Source of the DNA: a virus
Lineage: Duplodnaviria; Caudoviricetes
Virus record (IMG/VR): IMGVR_UViG_2627853630_000004
Location: 1-64,000 of that record
Length of the DNA: 64,000 bases
Direction: 5' to 3' (one strand)
Below, in pieces: positions 19,070-28,968 of the stretch; position 1 is the first letter of the stretch, and each line of letters opens with the position of its first letter. The notes beneath the pieces are model-generated. The model made no database searches, was not told the DNA's origin, and saw nothing but the letters and a program-made list of their open reading frames with translations. A program made the position numbers and the translations under genes.

Positions 19070-20369
19070 TCTTAATATCCTCGTCCGTTATTGAAGCGCC
19101 GACACCAGTAACATCCGCAAGCTCTCGTAAGTCCGTCAGGGCAGCAGCAGGAGACATGCCTAAATCCCGCACGGCGGTAGCCAACGCGGTCGTGGTGTTG
19201 GTTGCTACCGTAGAGCGGTCCACATCGGACATCTGCCACAGGGGGTTAAACTCAAACGTGAAGTCTTCCGGCAACGGCTCGCCAAACTCTGAGCGGTGCA
19301 ACACATCGAATAGCAGGCGGATATGAGGGCGTAAATCTCGCTCCTGTAGCGTTCCGACATCATCGTAGTAATTTGCCAGGTCAGCATCGCCAGTTGAAAA
19401 CCCCTTCGGTGACTGACGGAACAGGCGAACCAGAGGAATACCAACAGCCCCCGCAATATCCTCTTTAAACTCGCTCAACAGATCGGATAGGCCAGCAAAA
19501 GAATAAGAATGGGTTTCGAAAGTGTCATCCGCATCAAACAGGGACATACCCTCATTCGTCTGGAACTGGCGCACCATGTCCATATTTTTGAGCAGCGCCT
19601 CAAAGGGTTTGCCGCCCATGGCGATAATCTCGCGCAGCTTTTTAATTTTCGCGGTACGCAGGTGCGCCTTATAGGCCAACTGTGCAGCGCCAACGCTGGT
19701 GCTGTCGTAGGATGTCAGTCGGTCAAAAATACGCTCAACAATCGACATTCCCCATTCGTTTTCGGTGATTTTCTGCTGATACGGCAGCTTCACACCGTCC
19801 ATACGGATCAAGCGGCTATGGTGAACCGTCCAGGCAGGAAGCCCCTGCGCTGTTGTCACGATATCGTAGAACTCCGGCTTGCCAAGATTTGGTCCCAGCG
19901 TCTTAATGCGCCTGGTAAGCTGAGGATTAATCATCCAACGGTCGAGAACGGACAGCCCCTTAAAACTCCCCTTGCCGACTTTATCCAGCATCAGCGGGGT
20001 TAACGGTGCCTGCCCCTCAATGAGGACCAGTGCAACAGCCCCACCGTACAGACGCGACCACTTCAGAGTTTCGTTGAGCGCGTCCCAAAGTTGCAACTCT
20101 TCGAATTTGGATTCAAGAATACCGCGACGCTTCGGGTCAATCTCGCTGGTGATGCGCACACCTTTTTTCGTCATGTCATCTGCTTTCGAATCGACAGCAG
20201 CGCCGATAATCCATGAGGAACGGTACGTATATTCAATCAGTAGCCGGTTGCGGCTGGTATAGTTCGCTCGATAGGTCGATGCGGCGTGCTGATTAGGCTG
20301 TTGCATGCCGACACGGGCAATGAAATTGTCATAGCTGTCAACCGTGGCCACTTTTTTATTGCGTGCCAT
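18927..20369 (-). CDS. portal protein (DUF1073-like)
   Basis: WSRLYGGA, VHHSRLI, IPLVRLF.QSPKG, FEFNPLWQ; follows TerL. Confidence 0.85.
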   Translation of the reverse strand: MARNKKVATVDSYDNFIARVGMQQPNQHAASTYRANYTSRNRLLIEYTYRSSWIIGAAVDSKADDMTKKGVRITSEIDPKRRGILESKFEELQLWDALNETLKWSRLYGGAVALVLIEGQAPLTPLMLDKVGKGSFKGLSVLDRWMINPQLTRRIKTLGPNLGKPEFYDIVTTAQGLPAWTVHHSRLIRMDGVKLPYQQKITENEWGMSIVERIFDRLTSYDSTSVGAAQLAYKAHLRTAKIKKLREIIAMGGKPFEALLKNMDMVRQFQTNEGMSLFDADDTFETHSYSFAGLSDLLSEFKEDIAGAVGIPLVRLFRQSPKGFSTGDADLANYYDDVGTLQERDLRPHIRLLFDVLHRSEFGEPLPEDFTFEFNPLWQMSDVDRSTVATNTTTALATAVRDLGMSPAAALTDLRELADVTGVGASITDEDIKNAAKEWEESELEAGPPPQIGAPVPEKPTGDSAANRRDRGWFLRWLSK

Positions 20370-21985
20370 TATTGGCCTCCTAGCAGGTTCCAGATATCCA
20401 GTGCGGTATCCATCGGCGCGTAGTTGATCATGACGGTGTCAGCCAGGTTGGGTGATTTCGTCCCGTCTGGTTGCTTATCGACCACAATTTTCCCAACGCC
20501 GTTGATTGAGTAAGTTGGTTGGGATAATTCAATGACGAGCTTGTCTTTGTTTGCCATCTCGCCACTGATTGAAATGATTTCGTCAGGGTGGTAATCCATG
20601 CCCTGAACAGCGCGATACGTGTTGCGGAATAGCTTTCGCAGATGCCACCAGCTCTGTGCTTTCGCATTTGCGAAGAAATCTTTATTGATGCGGGCTGGTT
20701 TCCCGTTGTCGCCTGGTACGGCCTCATCGTCAGGATCAAACACGCCGCCACTGCCACGGAACGGTGTGGCTGTGATTTGCCGGACACCTTCAGCGCTGCG
20801 CAGTTCGTTAATCACTCTCGCGTCACCACGAGCGCCAGCGCCTAATCCATCTTCGTCAAACCGAAACTCATCGAGCCCGTACTCGTCACAGAAGCCGAAC
20901 GACTTCTCAACTGACGCGTAAATGTCGCTGCCAACACCAGACCACTCCTTTACGTCCTGAAGCAGGAAACCGTAACGAGCGGAGAATGCGTTTTTATCCT
21001 TACCTTCATCAGCGATGTCCATTGCGCCCAGACGGCGCCCAGACGGCTGGATCCCCAGCTTAATGTGAGCGTCGACAGCAGCCTGTACCCATTCTGATGG
21101 GATGAGAATGCCCTCGGCAGATGCCTGATAGTTGAGATCCAACTCCTGCGCGACAACAACGGGGTTATCCAGTTTTTCACATTCTTTCCGGTACCATTCA
21201 TCATCCTTGCGTGGATCGCTACGCCAGTGAAACGTGAATACCGGGATACGCCCGCTATGGCGCTTCTGAGCAAAGGGGTTGCTCATTCCGTTTACTGATG
21301 AGAGATCAATACGGCAACGGGTTGTCTGTGATAGCGCAGCGTCAATCAACATCGGTCGCTGAAGGAACGCCGCCTCATCCACGAAATAAAGCGTTGTACG
21401 GTCACCGCGGCCTATATTGTCCCCCGCTTCACCCTTGATGACGGCACCAGTATCGGGAAACTCCACGCGCATATATGGCGCATGTTTTTTATCACTCCAC
21501 GCTCCGCGAAACTCAGCGGGGAGCATTTCGACAAACTTCCGCGCCTTCCAGAACAGCGCCTTTGGGTCGCCGGTACTATCAACGTATTCCTCTTTACGGG
21601 AACCGAAGCCGATTACCATTTCTTTGTTAAAGAGACATAAGGAGCAGGCCAGGCCGATTGATGTCCAGCTCAGTCCCATCTCACGGCTTTTTTCAGTAAT
21701 ACCGTTTTCGAGATTCTGTCTGCGGGTCATGATCCAGTGAATCCATTCCTCCTGTTTGGGGAACAGCAGAAACGGAATAGTAACGGGCAGTCCGTAATCG
21801 ATGTTTCGGGGGTCAGTAGTCATCCCCCAATCGATAATGAACTGTGCCGGGTTATCCTTGTAAAATTGCCGCAGCGCAGGAAGCTGATCAGGGTTCTGGC
21901 GAATGCGCTGTAATCGCTCCATTCGCCACTCAAAAACCTGCGTGTAGTCCGGTTTTTTGAAGTCGAACGGGAACGGAATAGGCAT
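20369..21985 (-). CDS. terL: terminase large subunit
   Basis: Walker A-like [10 protein letters not shown], Walker B YFVDEAA, nuclease [10 protein letters not shown] and SPNLAD. Confidence 0.9.
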   Translation of the reverse strand: MPIPFPFDFKKPDYTQVFEWRMERLQRIRQNPDQLPALRQFYKDNPAQFIIDWGMTTDPRNIDYGLPVTIPFLLFPKQEEWIHWIMTRRQNLENGITEKSREMGLSWTSIGLACSLCLFNKEMVIGFGSRKEEYVDSTGDPKALFWKARKFVEMLPAEFRGAWSDKKHAPYMRVEFPDTGAVIKGEAGDNIGRGDRTTLYFVDEAAFLQRPMLIDAALSQTTRCRIDLSSVNGMSNPFAQKRHSGRIPVFTFHWRSDPRKDDEWYRKECEKLDNPVVVAQELDLNYQASAEGILIPSEWVQAAVDAHIKLGIQPSGRRLGAMDIADEGKDKNAFSARYGFLLQDVKEWSGVGSDIYASVEKSFGFCDEYGLDEFRFDEDGLGAGARGDARVINELRSAEGVRQITATPFRGSGGVFDPDDEAVPGDNGKPARINKDFFANAKAQSWWHLRKLFRNTYRAVQGMDYHPDEIISISGEMANKDKLVIELSQPTYSINGVGKIVVDKQPDGTKSPNLADTVMINYAPMDTALDIWNLLGGQ

Positions 21986-22204
21986 GAGTCGCTACTCTGA
22001 AAAATGTGTGAGATTTGGGGCTATTTAACATATTGTGGATTTTGCGCACCACCGAAAAAGCACTCACCACGCAAACCGCGTGAAGCGCTTGTTTCTCTAT
22101 GTTTTCTTGCGGAAGTTGGTCAAAAAGTGGTGAATAAATCGTGCATAAAACAGGGGTGAAAGTGCATAGCCTGTTTGCTGCTCAAAGTGGCTATTTTTGC
22201 AGTT

Positions 22205-22678
22205 TTACCCCATCATATTTTTATAAGCGTCAGCTGCTTCCTGCGGCGATAGGTTTGTAACCTGCGTTTGAATGGGGCCGCCATCCTTGCCTGTGCTCTC
22301 TACCTTCAGTTTGTTGGTGTATGCGTCGCCAACCTCTTTAGCGGCCTGCTCCAGTAGTTGCGCCGTCATGCCGAGGTTTTTAATTTTCTCAGCTTGTTCT
22401 GACATTCGGTTTAAAACCCGTAATCGATACGCCTTGTTAGCGATCGGGATATCGGAAATCTCATTCTGAAAACGTTCACGGGTGGCATGAAAAAGATCCA
22501 CCCATTTTTTACTGAGACTCTTAGCCATCGCGTTCGATGGGTCATAAGCAGACACCTGCTGCCTGGTGACAACTAAGTTAAATTCTTCTTTTACAAGCGT
22601 GATGATTTTTGATGTGCTCTCGTAACACGCAAGCGATTGAACTATGAAGGCTTTAACCTCTGTCGATAATGCTGCCAT
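22205..22678 (-). CDS. terS: terminase small subunit (DUF2280-like)
   Basis: FIVQSLAC, LEQAAKEVG, TGKDGGPI. Confidence 0.8.
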   Translation of the reverse strand: MAALSTEVKAFIVQSLACYESTSKIITLVKEEFNLVVTRQQVSAYDPSNAMAKSLSKKWVDLFHATRERFQNEISDIPIANKAYRLRVLNRMSEQAEKIKNLGMTAQLLEQAAKEVGDAYTNKLKVESTGKDGGPIQTQVTNLSPQEAADAYKNMMG

Positions 22679-22708
22679 TGGTCACCTCCATGACAAAGAA
22701 AATAAAAG

Positions 22709-23341
22709 TTATGCCAGCCTGAGCATGCACGTTCCACACGCTCTCGCTACATCGACGTGAGCAACCTCCGGCTTGTTGTTTGCCGCGTCAACCATCTCCT
22801 GCACATCGCGGCTTGCACCATAGCGACGAACGACGCCGACAAACTCTTCAACATCGTGTCCGCGCATTTTCAGCACTGGCAATCCCGAATCTCGTTTAAA
22901 TTTCGGTGCGCCGAATTCATCCGTAGCGTGGCAAATATGGTAAAGCTCATGTTCGATGAGTGCGCAGAAGTCCAAATCGCTACACTGTGCGCAGTAGTCA
23001 GCGGCCAGCGTGATAATGAATGTCGGCACCCGTCCGAACCATTCATGCATCTGTTGTTCCATTCGCGCTTTCTGCCAGCCACCGGCACGGAACGCTACCT
23101 CTTCGGCCTGACCAAGAACAGCGCGCCCCTTTTTGGCAAATGCACTGGATGCCCACATAAACGCGATATCAGCGCCTGTAAGGTGGAAGTGGTCGGGGTT
23201 ATGAAGATGGCCGGCATCGGAGATTATTTGCTCCTGTACCCACTCGTAAACACCTTCAGCGGGTATCAGCCGTATGTACGGTGCGAAATCTTCAACGAAT
23301 GCAGTTGTTGGTAGTGGTCGGTGCTCGTCTTCATTCACCAC
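22709..23341 (-). CDS. putative phage metallopeptidase
   Basis: HExxH (HELYH) plus HDVEEF.GVVRRYG. Confidence 0.75.
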   Translation of the reverse strand: MVNEDEHRPLPTTAFVEDFAPYIRLIPAEGVYEWVQEQIISDAGHLHNPDHFHLTGADIAFMWASSAFAKKGRAVLGQAEEVAFRAGGWQKARMEQQMHEWFGRVPTFIITLAADYCAQCSDLDFCALIEHELYHICHATDEFGAPKFKRDSGLPVLKMRGHDVEEFVGVVRRYGASRDVQEMVDAANNKPEVAHVDVARACGTCMLRLA

Positions 23342-23481
23342 GGCTGTCTTCCTGTTGTTAAGCCATTAAAAAAGCCACTCTGGTGGAGTGGCCTTTGTGA
23401 TGGAAATAAAAAAGCCACCAATGAACGTTAGTGGCCTAAAGAAAAGGATAAGAATAATAATCAATAAAATCAATGCGTTAA

Positions 23482-23847
23482 TCAATCATCAAATTTTAAT
23501 TTATCATAATCATCATCGGCAGCCTTTCGCTGAGCTGCTAGATGAACTTCCTGTGCATTTCTTTCAGCCTCTAACTCAGCAGCATAGTTTGCTGCCTCTT
23601 TCGAAGCTTGCGCACATTGCACTTTCAAATCGTTTAACTGTTGTTGTAACTCATCACGCAAGCAACAGACAATGACATTCTTCCCTTCAATCCTTGCGCG
23701 CCGCTTTTGCATTGAAAAAAATTCTTTATGAACAATATCAAAAAATTGAGGCCAATAAAGAGGGGGATCATCTTCTAAGATGAAATAACGATCCCCCATA
23801 CCTTCGTCTTCGCTACTTAACTCTCTATCTATACCTATGATTTTCAT
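23482..23847 (-). CDS. hypothetical protein (moron)
   Basis: AT-rich ORF with a C-terminal coiled coil; terminators at 23368-23395 and 23407-23436. Confidence 0.55.
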   Translation of the reverse strand: MKIIGIDRELSSEDEGMGDRYFILEDDPPLYWPQFFDIVHKEFFSMQKRRARIEGKNVIVCCLRDELQQQLNDLKVQCAQASKEAANYAAELEAERNAQEVHLAAQRKAADDDYDKLKFDD

Positions 23848-23990
23848 ACACAACCCTTGTTTATATTCGAAGGTTGTAATAATTATCACTCAAACCTTAA
23901 ATTTTCAATACTTAGTATCACAGGCACTCAGTGAATGCCTGCTTTAATGCCTTACTTCACAGCCTCGATAGTCGATCCGTGTGAGTTCAT

Positions 23991-24470
23991 CTATTCCAGT
24001 CGATGATCAATTAAGCCGGATAGGACTAGCTGTTTGATGCACGAACAAACTGCGTAATAGCCTCCATCTTTGCCAGGGTCGGCTACAATGATCTCTTCTT
24101 TCCCGGCCCCAATATCCACAATAAGAAGCCCGTTCTCATAGCGCATTGATATGTCAATGAGGTAATAAGAACCACCCATAATGGAATCATCGATCACCGT
24201 GGCGATGACAAACTTCAACGATAGCGATTCGTCAATATCAAATGAGGATATTGGTTTTCTTTGGTACTCCCCTTTGCTAAGTATTCCTGTCGTAACGTAT
24301 GGGTTATCATCCGCCTGACTGTTACGCCACGTATCCGATTTGAGCGCCAGCGAATCTTTATACTCTGCAACAAGGCTATATGCATCCTGATGCAGCTTAG
24401 CTCTTCTCTCTCCGTGCCTCTTTTTCGTGAGCAGGTATTGCTGTTGAATATCTTGGTAAGTAACGTCCAT
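23991..24470 (-). CDS. hypothetical protein (moron)
   Basis: Likely start MDVTYQ with an AAGGA RBS. Confidence 0.55.
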   Translation of the reverse strand: MDVTYQDIQQQYLLTKKRHGERRAKLHQDAYSLVAEYKDSLALKSDTWRNSQADDNPYVTTGILSKGEYQRKPISSFDIDESLSLKFVIATVIDDSIMGGSYYLIDISMRYENGLLIVDIGAGKEEIIVADPGKDGGYYAVCSCIKQLVLSGLIDHRLE

Positions 24471-24526
24471 TCCTTTCTCCAAGTGATTTAACTGAATGAG
24501 CATAATAAACCCCTTGGTGTTATTTT

Positions 24527-25060
24527 TCAGCGAGCGCGATCTGATTCAGCTTCGCGTATTCCCGCCAGTTGGCTATTAGCCTGGTTAATCACAGTTAGTA
24601 ACGGATCAATCCAATAAACAGCCTGCGCATACGTTAATCGGCAGCCGGAGGCAGCGGAACTAGAACCGGCTGTGTCAACTCCGCTGGCAACGGCGTGCAT
24701 TGCGCTGGCACGTAAACGGTACGTGTAGTCGAGCAGCCGATCAGCAACATCATCAGGGACGCACTGGCGACTAACTGGGTCACGTTTAATAATTGTCCTG
24801 TAAACAATCTGTTTTTCATCTGACTGCCCTTTGATGTTGATAGCGTACTGATTCGCGTTGCGTGCTATCTCGTTGTAGTGCTGAAAATCAAACGACTGAC
24901 GCGCAATGATGGCCTGCTGGCTGGCGCTGATATCGTCAGACTGCTTGCGCCCAATTTCAGCAGCATCAGCATCCCAGCGCAGCCCCTGAACGTACAGACC
25001 AGTAACGAATCCAGCCACCAGCGATACCGCAGCAATGATTACTGAACGCCGGATAGACAT
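24527..25060 (-). CDS. i-spanin (Rz-like)
   Basis: N-terminal TM plus coiled coil; follows the endolysin gene. Confidence 0.72.
   Translation of the reverse strand: MSIRRSVIIAAVSLVAGFVTGLYVQGLRWDADAAEIGRKQSDDISASQQAIIARQSFDFQHYNEIARNANQYAINIKGQSDEKQIVYRTIIKRDPVSRQCVPDDVADRLLDYTYRLRASAMHAVASGVDTAGSSSAASGCRLTYAQAVYWIDPLLTVINQANSQLAGIREAESDRAR
24634..24819 (-). CDS. o-spanin lipoprotein (Rz1-like), embedded in Rz
   Basis: Lipobox LIGC; Pro-rich mature part. Confidence 0.68.
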   Translation of the reverse strand: MKNRLFTGQLLNVTQLVASASLMMLLIGCSTTRTVYVPAQCTPLPAELTQPVLVPLPPAAD

Positions 25061-25587
25061 AGCGCTTTCTCTTTTTCAGCACGAATGACGAGCCCCAGCA
25101 AACGCTGACCGCCGCCGTTAACAAAGTCCGGCAGGCGGTTACACATGTTCGCCCAACTACCAGCCTGCGCCCATTTGTGAATTGACGTTTGCACGCGCTG
25201 GCCGCTTGCTCTGCTGTAATAGGTTTTCAGCCCCGTACAACCCAGCCGGAACGCACCAGAAACCATTGCGCTGAACGTGTTATCTGACATATCACGACCA
25301 CGGAATTCACGATTAATGCAACGCTCAGCGACCAAGATGTTTTTCTCCCAGTCGGCGGCGATCTGCTCGTCGGTTTTTCGCGTTCCGCTCACAACACCGT
25401 GCGTGTTACCGATGCCGTCCGTCAGTACGCCAGCAGGACACACATAAGGGTCACGACGACACGACTCAGCATTGCCGATTAACTCCAGCCCCGCCTTATT
25501 CGTTCTTAGTTGTCCGTTATCCAGCACAATCCCGATAATGACGCTGACGGAACAAATAACCCCTGCTGCAATTTTACGCTTGCTCAT
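25039..25587 (-). CDS. SAR endolysin (GH24 lysozyme)
   Basis: N-terminal SAR helix; E-x8-C-x5-T triad (AESCRRDPYVCPAGVLTDGIG). Confidence 0.87.
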   Translation of the reverse strand: MSKRKIAAGVICSVSVIIGIVLDNGQLRTNKAGLELIGNAESCRRDPYVCPAGVLTDGIGNTHGVVSGTRKTDEQIAADWEKNILVAERCINREFRGRDMSDNTFSAMVSGAFRLGCTGLKTYYSRASGQRVQTSIHKWAQAGSWANMCNRLPDFVNGGGQRLLGLVIRAEKEKALCLSGVQ

Positions 25588-25802
25588 TAGCTCTCCCGCG
25601 CCGCTTTACGACGATCCTCTTTGATTTTGAAATGCAGATTGACGAGAAACGTCAGCAGACCGAAAACGAGGCTACCGAGAACACCGATTGCCGCCCATTG
25701 AGTGGGAGAAACTGTATCGAGTAACTGGAGCATCCAATATCCAGAACTGGCACCGGACGCCCCGTATGAAATACCAGTGGTAACTTTGTCCATACGGATC
25801 AT
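25587..25802 (-). CDS. class II pinholin (phage 21 S-like) with dual start M-I-R-M
   Basis: [14 protein letters not shown]...[31 protein letters not shown]. Confidence 0.9.
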   Translation of the reverse strand: MIRMDKVTTGISYGASGASSGYWMLQLLDTVSPTQWAAIGVLGSLVFGLLTFLVNLHFKIKEDRRKAARES

Positions 25803-25975
25803 GACTCCACCTCCGCTGTACGGGGCGCTGTGTGTGATTTACAGGAAATAAAAAAGGCCGCACATGGCGACCTTGAGGTATTTGGGGCGTTTTAACTAAA
25901 GTGCTTAATAAAATATGATTGCAATATAAAGATCATCCACAGTTGAGCGATAACAACAATACAAGGGAGACTAAA

Positions 25976-26278
25976 ATGAAACTCAAAAGCTTAGGGGTAT
26001 GTCCATTTTGTAAGAAAAATGTACGTCCAGTGGTGGTTGAAGCCAACTACGCCCGTAGAGATAAGTGCCAATGTCCAGAATGCAAAGAGTCGGTATATGT
26101 TTGTCGTGGGTTTGGATGCGAAGATTACACTAAAGGTGGTGAACTCTATGATGATGAGTTTTGCCCCAAATGTGCACAATCGATTTCATCTGGCACTAAA
26201 AGCTCCGTATACAAAGCATATGGATCGGCACTAACTCTTGTGGCCGCTATCGCCTTGATTGCATTTAAATCAAAATAA
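25976..26278 (+). CDS. Cys-rich putative Zn-binding protein with C-terminal hydrophobic helix (moron)
   Basis: CPFC, CQCPEC, CRGFGC, CPKC; GGAG RBS; terminator-like hairpin at 26278-26298. Confidence 0.65.
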   Translation: MKLKSLGVCPFCKKNVRPVVVEANYARRDKCQCPECKESVYVCRGFGCEDYTKGGELYDDEFCPKCAQSISSGTKSSVYKAYGSALTLVAAIALIAFKSK

Positions 26279-26324
26279 AAACCCGCTCAATGGCGGGTCT
26301 GTGAATTAATTCGCGGTGAATGTA

Positions 26325-27176
26325 TCAGGGGCAACCAAATTTATTTTTAGCCAGCGTCCCTTTTTGCGATTTGACGATCGCTGCGATGTTTGCAGGCAGG
26401 GCTGACCAAATACTCAGCTTTGGATTTGTTTTCTGTTCAATGCTGTCAACCGTGACCTGATAACTACAGAAATCAGAACTTTTCAGTGTGTCCTGATTCA
26501 TTAGGAACGCAACATACTCCCCTTTATCTGGACTGGAACCAATGAATATTACTTTCCAATAGCCACTCGGTATCTGAACTGTTGGCGCGCTTGGTAACGT
26601 CGCAATGTTCTTCTCAAATAGTGGGCCAGTAACAGAGTAGACCGCTGATACACCAGCACTATTTGCCAGCGCACGCTCCTTATCTTCTAAGCGTACCCAA
26701 GCCCCTTGGTTTAGGGCGGCTTTTTGAGGGGTGATATTTGAGAGGTAATTTAATGCCTCCCAATCGGATGTTCCGCCCAGACCAGCAAGCGGAGCCTGAT
26801 GCCCACGGTCAACAGCTAACGCTGCATTTGCACCATCATATGCACTAGGAGCTAGTGTATCGGTAGGCGGGAAAGCAGGATCTTGCTTCCAATTTCTGGG
26901 GCGATTGCTGGCCTGGCTGGTCTTGGTGATTTTATACGCCACCCAATTCGCAAATTTGGTCGACGCGTTGTTGTTCAAAGTGTACGCCTCACGAATTTCT
27001 GTTTGTGAGCTACCACCCGTTGGACAACCCACCAGACAATTATCAACTGTTGCTGCCGCAACTGCTGGTGCAGAAGAAGTCAATTCGATTACATCAGACG
27101 TTTGGGCTGGTTGATATGTCGCAGTACAACCCGCCAGCAAAAAAATCGGTAAAAGCTTAATTAAATTAAGTTTCAT
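26325..27176 (-). CDS. nucA: DNA/RNA non-specific endonuclease, Serratia NucA-type, with lipoprotein signal
   Basis: DRGH catalytic motif, LNYLSNITPQK..LNQGAW..LE, DNCLVGCP, IPSGYWKV; lipobox LAGC. Confidence 0.88.
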   Translation of the reverse strand: MKLNLIKLLPIFLLAGCTATYQPAQTSDVIELTSSAPAVAAATVDNCLVGCPTGGSSQTEIREAYTLNNNASTKFANWVAYKITKTSQASNRPRNWKQDPAFPPTDTLAPSAYDGANAALAVDRGHQAPLAGLGGTSDWEALNYLSNITPQKAALNQGAWVRLEDKERALANSAGVSAVYSVTGPLFEKNIATLPSAPTVQIPSGYWKVIFIGSSPDKGEYVAFLMNQDTLKSSDFCSYQVTVDSIEQKTNPKLSIWSALPANIAAIVKSQKGTLAKNKFGCP

Positions 27177-27392
27177 GTTCTTTTCCTATAGATACCTTGC
27201 CAGAGAAATGAAATAGTAAGCATAAGAATAATTATAATGATTACATTTCAATTAGTTAAATCACTTCTCAATATAGATTAGCAACAGGAAAAGAGCATAA
27301 AAGAGCCACGCGCTAGTGCAACCCTTGTAGGTTATAGATCTATCATCACTGTGGCGTTAAAATAGTCAATGGTCAATCAATGGAAGAAACTT

Positions 27393-28316
27393 ATGATCTT
27401 TATTCGCACAGCAGAAGGCAGCAAAAAAATCGACAATTGGGAAGAGATCACCAGTAGAGCTTGCTTCTCAAAACAAATCATCAAGTCTGAACATAAGCTA
27501 TCTGAAATAATTGGTTATTATAGATTTAAAGAAAAAATTCATTGTGGATTGAAAGGCTGTAATCAACCACATCAAATGGGTTACCTAGTTCGAACGGAGA
27601 TTGGTGTCGAAACAAATATCGGCAACATATGCGGTGGCGAAGAGTTTGGCGTTAAATTCACGGAGCTTACAGAGCAATTTGACAAATTCATGAGATTAGA
27701 AACGAACAAGTCTATTGTTTATGAAGCAAAGGAAAAATGTAACATTTGGCAAGCATCTATAGATGTGTTGAGGAACACAAAGCCATCTATAGATGCTTGC
27801 GCAATTAATATTGAAAAAATCCAGAACGCAAATTTTGCGGGTCGCTTAGCTGCCACAGAGATAAGACTTCTAGCCAAGAGTCAGGATGGTATCGTAACGC
27901 TTAACGAGATTGAAACCGAGAAATGGGCCCGTTCTATCTTATTTGCAACCAATAGACACATGCGAGAGTCTGGAGAAGCGACCACCGAATACATTATGGG
28001 GACGGTATCTTTTACTAATGTCCTTTTACCAGAAAACAATTTACGAGAGCGATTTGTTTCCATATCTGAAGACATAAAATCTATACGTCAGCTAGATCTA
28101 GATAATGCTTCTAGCCCAGCGATATTGTCGATTGCGCAAGTTGCCAACACTATAGACGAAAGGATAAGACAATTAAAAAATCTCTTTCACGATGCCAGAA
28201 AATTTCTAACAAAGAAAAATCTTTCAGCTATTAGCTCAAAACTTAAGTATTCATCAACAACGCCGGAAAATGAACTAGCCCATTTCGAATCTTTTTCTCG
28301 TTCTTTAGGTAGATAA
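27393..28316 (+). CDS. hypothetical protein with N-terminal Cys/His cluster (moron)
   Basis: CGLKGCNQPH...IGNICG; AT-rich; antisense to the late operon; start may be 27369. Confidence 0.65.
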   Translation: MIFIRTAEGSKKIDNWEEITSRACFSKQIIKSEHKLSEIIGYYRFKEKIHCGLKGCNQPHQMGYLVRTEIGVETNIGNICGGEEFGVKFTELTEQFDKFMRLETNKSIVYEAKEKCNIWQASIDVLRNTKPSIDACAINIEKIQNANFAGRLAATEIRLLAKSQDGIVTLNEIETEKWARSILFATNRHMRESGEATTEYIMGTVSFTNVLLPENNLRERFVSISEDIKSIRQLDLDNASSPAILSIAQVANTIDERIRQLKNLFHDARKFLTKKNLSAISSKLKYSSTTPENELAHFESFSRSLGR

Positions 28317-28319
28317 ATA

Positions 28320-28419
28320 AAAAACCCGCACTGATGGCGGGTTTCTGATATTCTGCCGCTTGCGAATACAGCTTCGCGAAGCATAGCTGTATTCAATCAG
28401 TGACTGGCTCACTTTGCAA
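28320..28419 (-). promoter_or_regulatory. late promoter pR' and terminator tR'
   Basis: TTGCAA(28419-28414)-N17-TTGAAT(28396-28391) at the end of the Q-like gene, then a hairpin and ACCCGC-N7-GCGGGT plus T-run (28320-28344). Confidence 0.6.
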
Positions 28420-28968
28420 GTAAAATCTTTTGCTATTCGTCTCAAATGCGTCACACATCGGCTGATATAACATTGATTCAGCCATTCCCAGCCACACATC
28501 AATACGGCGCCGGCACGTCATTAGGCTCAATTCTGGATGTGTTGCGTGAAATTCTTCTGCGATTTCACGCATGCTCATTTTCCCCTGATACCGACGCTCA
28601 AGCAGACGCAGTAAGGGGCGATTATCTTTCATTGCTCCAGCTATAACTTTGTCCATCACCAGTCCCTCATCGTCGGTACAGAATACCAGGCTGCTATGCC
28701 TGCTCTGCTGAAGCATGTCGTTTACCCATGATTCGAGCTCTTTTGATGAGCACCCTTTTTTACGCAAGGCTTTAAGGGCTTTGCTCATATCATCTTGGCT
28801 GACAACATATTTACCCAGTAATTTCTTAAACATATCCGTTGCCGTTGGGTTGGTATTTATCGCTGACCAGCGCCCCCACATTTTTAATTTCCCCTGAATC
28901 CAAACACTTTCCAATGTGCGTAAGCGGAGAATCTCTCCACCTTTTCCAACCTCAGATGGATAGATCAT
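28393..28968 (-). CDS. Q-like late antiterminator (DUF1133-like)
   Basis: MIYP..GK.GE.LRLRTLESVWIQGKLKMWGRWS; C-terminal HTH; last gene before pR'. Confidence 0.72.
   Translation of the reverse strand: MIYPSEVGKGGEILRLRTLESVWIQGKLKMWGRWSAINTNPTATDMFKKLLGKYVVSQDDMSKALKALRKKGCSSKELESWVNDMLQQSRHSSLVFCTDDEGLVMDKVIAGAMKDNRPLLRLLERRYQGKMSMREIAEEFHATHPELSLMTCRRRIDVWLGMAESMLYQPMCDAFETNSKRFYLQSEPVTD

Noticed and set aside
18927-20369. Anti-CBASS Acb1 label sometimes attached to this family
   Set aside because: Size, motifs and position after terL indicate a portal; no phosphoesterase domain was recognised.
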